A stretch of 64,000 bases of DNA from Thermoplasmatales archaeon (GTDB lineage Archaea; Thermoplasmatota; Thermoplasmata; Thermoplasmatales; Thermoplasmataceae). The notes beneath the pieces are model-generated. The model did no database searches. It saw only the letters and a list, made by a program, of their open reading frames with translations, and was not told where the DNA came from. The stretch is from positions 32,001-96,000 of the forward strand of contig DAIDBH010000017.1 of assembly GCA_027310185.1 (NCBI GenBank). Reading direction: 5' to 3'. Positions 58,645 to 64,000 of the stretch are shown piece after piece (positions within the stretch are counted from its first letter, which is position 1; each line of letters begins with the position of its first letter). The translations under genes and the position numbers were made by a program.

Positions 58645-60083
58645 TATACACCAACTCCCAATCCTGAAACTATACTGCTCAGATATGGATATCCATAGAT
58701 CAGGAACGAAAGTCCTATGGACATCACTGCACCTATCACAACCGGCAGAAGTATGGAACCGGATAGGTTGAATTCCCTGTCCTCTGTTGCAGGTCTGAAC
58801 ATGACTACTATTACCCTCAGGTAGTAGAATACAGATATTGCACTGTTCAGTATACCTATAACCGCAAGATACCACAGATTTCCACTAATGAGTGAAAGGA
58901 ATAGATAGTACTTCGCAAAGAAACCTGCGGTTGGGGGTATTCCCGCAAGGGCAAGCATCATAATCCCAAGAGAAATGGCGAATACAGGGGACTTGAGGCC
59001 AATGCCTGAAAGATCATTTATCATGATTTTTTCCTTCTTCACAGCGCCTGATGCAATAAAGGCTCCTCCTTTCATGAATATATATACAAGAGAATAGTAC
59101 ATGGCGGCAAAAATAGCCACTGTTATTGCAAACTGGGATGCAGAACTGGAAACCACTGTCAGTACCAGGACCAGATATCCAGCCTGGGCTATGCTTGAAT
59201 ATGCAAGCATCCTTTTAAGATTGTTTTCCGAGAGTGCAGCGAAGTTTCCGTATGTCATCGTGATTATGGAAACTATTGTGAAAAGATAGAAAACATCCGT
59301 GCTCAAGGAGGAGAATCCAACCAGAAATACCCTCAGTATAATAAGGAATGCAAGTACCTTGGTTCCGGAAGAAAGGAATGCTGAAACAGGATTGTTAGTT
59401 CCATCGTAAGCATCTACCGCCCACTGCTGGAGTGGCACAAGAGCAAGCTTGAAACCGAATCCTACAAAAAGCAATATGAGCGCAAGAAGCATTGACGGCT
59501 TCGTCACATCGGTAATTGAGACTGTAGATACAAGGTTGAATGTTCCTGTTGAAAGGAAATAGAATGATGAACCAAGAACTATGAATCCGGTAGCAATAAC
59601 CCCAGTGAAGAAATATTTAGCTGAAGCCTCAAGATTTCTTTTTGACTTGCCGTGGGCTGACAGTATGTATGTTCCAACACTTACTCCCTCAAATGCTATG
59701 AAGATGAATATAAGATTAAGGCTGAATGCTGCAATGATCATGGCTATGTTTACAAACAGAAATATGGAAAAGAATATTTCCGGGTCGTGCTTCAGTTCTG
59801 AACCTGCCGTGAATGAGACATAGAGAGATGATGTTATCAGGATAAGGGCAAAGAACAGCCCGAAATTATTTATAACAAAGGCTCCTCCAAAGAATGAGGA
59901 ACTGCCTGAATCAAGCAGTAGCAGCATTACCATTGATATGAGCAGTGCTATAATTGAAACGATGGTGTATACCATCCAGTTTTTTACCCTTCTTCCCATC
60001 AGCAACATTCCAAAAGCCACTAGGCCGAGGAATATTTCAGGGTAGAGGGACTTTAGAATCGAAGAATACAATACAAACGTCAT
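58644..60083 (-). CDS. nuoN: NADH-quinone oxidoreductase subunit N
   Basis: EAS.KYF, GFK...VP...W..DAY.G, KRMLAYSSI, LAGIPP..GF..K. Confidence 0.93.
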   Translation of the reverse strand: MTFVLYSSILKSLYPEIFLGLVAFGMLLMGRRVKNWMVYTIVSIIALLISMVMLLLLDSGSSSFFGGAFVINNFGLFFALILITSSLYVSFTAGSELKHDPEIFFSIFLFVNIAMIIAAFSLNLIFIFIAFEGVSVGTYILSAHGKSKRNLEASAKYFFTGVIATGFIVLGSSFYFLSTGTFNLVSTVSITDVTKPSMLLALILLFVGFGFKLALVPLQQWAVDAYDGTNNPVSAFLSSGTKVLAFLIILRVFLVGFSSLSTDVFYLFTIVSIITMTYGNFAALSENNLKRMLAYSSIAQAGYLVLVLTVVSSSASQFAITVAIFAAMYYSLVYIFMKGGAFIASGAVKKEKIMINDLSGIGLKSPVFAISLGIMMLALAGIPPTAGFFAKYYLFLSLISGNLWYLAVIGILNSAISVFYYLRVIVVMFRPATEDREFNLSGSILLPVVIGAVMSIGLSFLIYGYPYLSSIVSGLGVGV

Positions 60084-60084
60084 T

Positions 60085-61572
60085 TTAGAATACCCCCTTT
60101 ACGAAGCTCAGTATGGGACCGAAGAAAAGGTTCGGATATATTCCAAGGAGCAGTATGAGTATGAAGAGAAATGAAAGCAGTAATATTTCTGTTCCCTTTG
60201 CATCCTTAAGTTTTCCCATATTCTCATTGAATGGCCCATTCAGAGTTTTCTGTACTACCCATATATGGTAGGATGCTGTAATAATCATCCCAAAAATAAT
60301 CAGGAAGATTATGGCCCCAATCACGTAATAGGATGATAATACAATGGACGCCTCAGCTATGAACCCTGCCAGTCCTGGGAGACCAAGGGAGGCCATTATT
60401 CCTGCCAGGAAAAAGGCTGAAATATAAGGCATGTCCCTCCATAAACCACTTACTGACAGGTTTGACTCTGTTCCAGCTCTCTGTTTTATGAGATACAGTG
60501 AAGAAAAGACGAGACCCATGATTAGGCCGTGTGCAAGTATCTGGTAAATGCCTCCCGCATATGCAGTATATGAGACCTGGCCACTGGTGAGTATTCCATC
60601 CCCAAGGGATATGCTTATGAATCCCATTGAAGCAGCACTTGCATATGCCATCATCTTCTTTGTGTTTGTCTGGAACATTGCAGTGAGTGCGAAGTAGATG
60701 AGGCTGAAGATGCCCAGTCCTATTATGGTCCAGGCTATTCCCGCTCCGATGACTGATGCTATTGGCATCAGTACAGCAAAGAACCCGTAGCCTCCCATCA
60801 GGGAAATGGCTCCTGCAAGTACTATTGTAACAGGATAAGGTGCTGATGTATATGCATCAGGTAACCATGAGTGCAGTGGGAATGACGGCATCTTTACCAG
60901 GAATGCAAAGAAGAATCCGAAAAGGGCAAAATACGTCCAGAACGGTACCTTGTCAGTTATATCACTGATTATGAAGGAAGGATTCAGAAGTGTTGACATG
61001 TTAAGTGTGAAAACGTTTCCGTGTGATGAACCATAGTATGAAAACAGTGTCAGTATGGAAAGCAGGAGGAATACAGATCCTATCTGTGTATAGACGAAAA
61101 ATTTCAGTGATGCCTTCTCCTTTCTTGAATCTCCGTATATGGCGATTAAAAGGAATACAGGTATTATGATAGCTTCCCAGAATACATAGAAGAACAGGAA
61201 ATTCCTTGATATCAGCAGTCCATAGAGACCTACCTCTGTAAACATCATCAATCCATAGAATCTTCTGTCAAATTTTTCATTCTTTGCTGTATATAGAGCT
61301 GCAAACATTATTACAGTTGTCAGGAAGAGCAATGCTATGGAAAGACCATCCACGCCGGTGCTGAATGTAATGCCTATTGACCTGTCAATTGGATATGAAC
61401 TCTGGGAAATGAGTCCTCCAGTATATGATTGAAATCTTGCAAGACCATATATTACAGTCAGGACAAGAATTATGAAACTTTCAATTACCGCAACTTCCCA
61501 AACCCTTTTCTTAAGGAGAATGGATATGATTGCGAATATTATGGTTAATAAGAAAATATATAAAATAAACAT
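60085..61572 (-). CDS. nuoM: NADH-quinone oxidoreductase subunit M
   Basis: GVDGLS, FWE, KFFVYT, VKMP.FPLHSWLPDA, GLPG..GF..E. Confidence 0.93.
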   Translation of the reverse strand: MFILYIFLLTIIFAIISILLKKRVWEVAVIESFIILVLTVIYGLARFQSYTGGLISQSSYPIDRSIGITFSTGVDGLSIALLFLTTVIMFAALYTAKNEKFDRRFYGLMMFTEVGLYGLLISRNFLFFYVFWEAIIIPVFLLIAIYGDSRKEKASLKFFVYTQIGSVFLLLSILTLFSYYGSSHGNVFTLNMSTLLNPSFIISDITDKVPFWTYFALFGFFFAFLVKMPSFPLHSWLPDAYTSAPYPVTIVLAGAISLMGGYGFFAVLMPIASVIGAGIAWTIIGLGIFSLIYFALTAMFQTNTKKMMAYASAASMGFISISLGDGILTSGQVSYTAYAGGIYQILAHGLIMGLVFSSLYLIKQRAGTESNLSVSGLWRDMPYISAFFLAGIMASLGLPGLAGFIAEASIVLSSYYVIGAIIFLIIFGMIITASYHIWVVQKTLNGPFNENMGKLKDAKGTEILLLSFLFILILLLGIYPNLFFGPILSFVKGVF

Positions 61573-63465
61573 CTAAATCCCTCCAAGGAGTTCAAGGAGA
61601 AGCATCAATACTGCCACTCCTGCTATAAGAAATACGAAATAGTATTCCACAACACCATCCTCTATTCTCCTCAGTACGCCACCGAATCCCATTGCACCCT
61701 TTCCTGTCCCTTCAATAGAAATAGAGAATCCCTTCTCCAGCCTTGAGACACCGGAAGACAGTGGAAGTATCACTCTCTCCGCGATAACTCTTGTAAATAA
61801 TGCATCCAGGAAGTACTTTGCCTTGAGAAGCCTGTAAACAGGGTTCCTGTCATAATTCATCCTCTGCCATCTTGTTGTGGCATAGAGCCCAATGGTTATG
61901 AGAACGCCTATTACGACCATTGTCAGTGGCATATACTCAATGAACAATGGCACAACCACCTTTGTGGTGTCCGGCACGATGAAATCGTAGAAACGGTACT
62001 GTATCAGGCCGAGCGTCAGTGAGAGAAATGCCAGTATCATCAATGGGATTAATACGATCTTTGGAGGATCTTTTGCTTCCTCTGCAAGTTTAGATCTCGG
62101 TTTCCCCAGTGCAACAAGGAAGAACATCCTGAATGTGTAAAGTGCAGTCATCAGTGCTCCTATTACAAGGAAAATCCATGGAAGTATTGAATAGACATTA
62201 CTGCCATTCATTATATAATAGTTATATGCAACATCTATGATGGTATCCTTTGAGAAGAAAGCTGCAGTAGGTGGTATGGCTGCCAGTGTTATAGATCCTA
62301 TGAACATTAGCGAAATTGTTACCGGCATCCTCTTCCATAGCCCACCCATTTTCTTTACATCTCTGAGCTCCATGAGAGTAAGTAGTATAACTCCAGCTGA
62401 CATGAAAAGCAAGGCCTTGAAGACCGCATGAACTACCAGATGATAGATCGAATATCCTATGACGCTTTCACCAAAGGTAGAAACCATTCCGAGAGCTGCC
62501 ATCATGTATCCGATCTGGGAGATCGTGGAATATGCAAGAATCCTTTTCAGATCATTTACAACTATTCCAATGGTTCCAGCAAATAAGGCAGTAAATGCCC
62601 CGATGTACAGTACTGACTCAGATGCCAGAGGTGTGGCATTTGCATAAAGTGGAAGAACTCTTGCTATAAGATATACACCGGCAGTTACCATTGTTGCAGC
62701 ATGAATCAGCGCAGAAACTGTGGTTGGGCCTTCCATTGCATCGGGTATCCATACATGTAATGGGAACTGGGCAGACTTACCAGCTGCTCCTCCAAGGAAG
62801 AGCAGACCAATAATAGTCAGGTTCTGCGCCCCTATTTCTGTAGCAATTGTGTGGGCATTGTTGATCAGGTATGGTATGCTGAGTGGTGATGAAACTCCCT
62901 GTACTGTTAGAAGAGAGTAAAGTACTGCAAGCCCTATTATAAATAGCAGATCACCAACCCTTGTAACTATAAATGCCTTCTTTGCTGCAGAAGCCGCGTT
63001 TGGCTTGAAGAACCAGAATCCTATCAGGAGGTATGAACAAAGGCCTACCAGTTCCCAGAACAGGAAGAATTCAAGGAGATTTGATGCAAGTATAAGACCG
63101 AGCATTCCTCCTGTGAAAAGGGCTGTTTCTCCGAAGTATGTATTCTTCCTTGGATCATCCTTCATGTAATACATGGCAAAGAGATGGATCATCAGGGAAA
63201 CGAATGAAACCATCAGTACCATTACAACGGCAAGGTGGTCCACATAGATTCCTGCGTTAATGTTATCGAACCAGTTATAAGTCTGATAAATTGGAGTTGA
63301 TGTTCCTCTTATGTTCAACCATACAATTATTGAAAGTATGAGCGATACTAGTATGGATAATGAAGCGAGGACGCCTGCCAGTACTTTGCTCTTTTTCCCC
63401 GCAATGACACTTATGGGGGCAAATATTATGGGTGTAAGGAATATGAACCATGCATAGTTTAACAT
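61573..63465 (-). CDS. nuoL: NADH-quinone oxidoreductase subunit L
   Basis: FWELVGLCSYLLIGFW, GKSAQFPLHVWIPDAMEGPT, HAVFKALLF. Confidence 0.95.
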   Translation of the reverse strand: MLNYAWFIFLTPIIFAPISVIAGKKSKVLAGVLASLSILVSLILSIIVWLNIRGTSTPIYQTYNWFDNINAGIYVDHLAVVMVLMVSFVSLMIHLFAMYYMKDDPRKNTYFGETALFTGGMLGLILASNLLEFFLFWELVGLCSYLLIGFWFFKPNAASAAKKAFIVTRVGDLLFIIGLAVLYSLLTVQGVSSPLSIPYLINNAHTIATEIGAQNLTIIGLLFLGGAAGKSAQFPLHVWIPDAMEGPTTVSALIHAATMVTAGVYLIARVLPLYANATPLASESVLYIGAFTALFAGTIGIVVNDLKRILAYSTISQIGYMMAALGMVSTFGESVIGYSIYHLVVHAVFKALLFMSAGVILLTLMELRDVKKMGGLWKRMPVTISLMFIGSITLAAIPPTAAFFSKDTIIDVAYNYYIMNGSNVYSILPWIFLVIGALMTALYTFRMFFLVALGKPRSKLAEEAKDPPKIVLIPLMILAFLSLTLGLIQYRFYDFIVPDTTKVVVPLFIEYMPLTMVVIGVLITIGLYATTRWQRMNYDRNPVYRLLKAKYFLDALFTRVIAERVILPLSSGVSRLEKGFSISIEGTGKGAMGFGGVLRRIEDGVVEYYFVFLIAGVAVLMLLLELLGGI

Positions 63466-63466
63466 T

Positions 63467-63766
63467 TTACCACCTTATCTCCTTCAGCAACGAGATATCT
63501 ATCTTGCCGAATTTCTTGTATATTGAAACCAGTATACTAATTCCAACTGCAGACTCAACTGCAGCTATTGCAATTGTGAACAGGGCCATGACAAGTGGAT
63601 CTACCTTTCCTGTTCCAATGGCAGCGGATACCAGACTCAGTATGGCACCATTTAGGAGTATTTCCACCGATATTAGCATCTTAATCCCTATTTTGGATAC
63701 CATTATGCCGTACAGACCTATGGTGAATAGTGCCAGTGAGATCAACTGAACTATGAACTGATCCAT
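63467..63766 (-). CDS. nuoK: NADH-quinone oxidoreductase subunit K
   Basis: LFTIGLYG, SVEILLNG, AAVESAVG. Confidence 0.92.
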   Translation of the reverse strand: MDQFIVQLISLALFTIGLYGIMVSKIGIKMLISVEILLNGAILSLVSAAIGTGKVDPLVMALFTIAIAAVESAVGISILVSIYKKFGKIDISLLKEIRW

Positions 63767-63985
63767 TTATTCATCATCCTCCGCCGTGTGAAACATTCCC
63801 ACGATACCCGTCACCAGAACAACAGAAAGAAGTTCAAAAGGTATGAGGTATGTACTGAATAACTCCTTTGATATGCTGGTTATGTTCTGCTGTGCCGGGA
63901 TATATGACCCAGAAACACTAACAATTGAAACAGCCATTACTATGAAGAACAGAACTGCGGATATGGCAGCAGGAATTTTATTCAA
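63767..63985 (-). CDS. nuoJ: NADH-quinone oxidoreductase subunit J, C-terminal half (split nuoJ)
   Basis: LF..YLIPFELLSVVL motif of the NuoJ last helix; only 72 aa; GGAGG SD before TTG. Confidence 0.8.
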   Translation of the reverse strand: MNKIPAAISAVLFFIVMAVSIVSVSGSYIPAQQNITSISKELFSTYLIPFELLSVVLVTGIVGMFHTAEDDE

Positions 63986-64000
63986 TTTCCTTACCTCCTG

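Noticed and set aside
58645-58875. Cys-rich N-terminal extension of ORF 58294-58875
   Set aside because: An alternative frame inside nuoN; the likely start is ATG 58644.
492-63749. Many short alternative-frame and antisense ORFs in the track (e.g. 6527-6988, 36881-37357, 54035-54553, 57983-58360)
   Set aside because: They overlap well-supported genes and show no family motifs; typical shadow ORFs.
1-64000. rRNA, tRNA, CRISPR arrays, provirus
   Set aside because: None recognised by eye; tRNAscan-SE and Infernal would be needed to exclude small RNAs.

Overview
AT-rich archaeal chromosome segment, most likely Thermoplasmatales. Markers: HU-like HTa, fused Kae1-Bud32, aIF-2gamma, rpS6e, archaeal DnaG, a TA0956-family protein, and TATA-proximal leaderless starts. 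The standout is a ~31 kb island (about 2.3-33.8 kb) that appears to encode a near-complete bacterial peptidoglycan (PG) catabolism pathway in a lineage that makes no PG. Glycan arm: NagZ, two NamZ, a MurK-like kinase, MurQ, NagA, SIS-type GlcN-6P deaminase. Stem-peptide arm: AmiE-like amidase, S13 DD-peptidase, S66 LD-carboxypeptidase, NlpC/P60 endopeptidase, L-Ala-D/L-Glu epimerase, DAP decarboxylase. Also a GNAT/NSAR/M20 D-to-L amino acid module, a large membrane-anchored family-5 solute-binding protein, and accessory acyl-transfer and hydrolase genes. The rest holds housekeeping genes, a regulator/LeuCD/CoA-transferase/DRE-TIM/MFS cluster, a 335-bp internally deleted IS200/IS605 element, tatAC and the distal nuo operon. 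All calls come from motif recognition by eye; no searches were run, and novelty is unverified.
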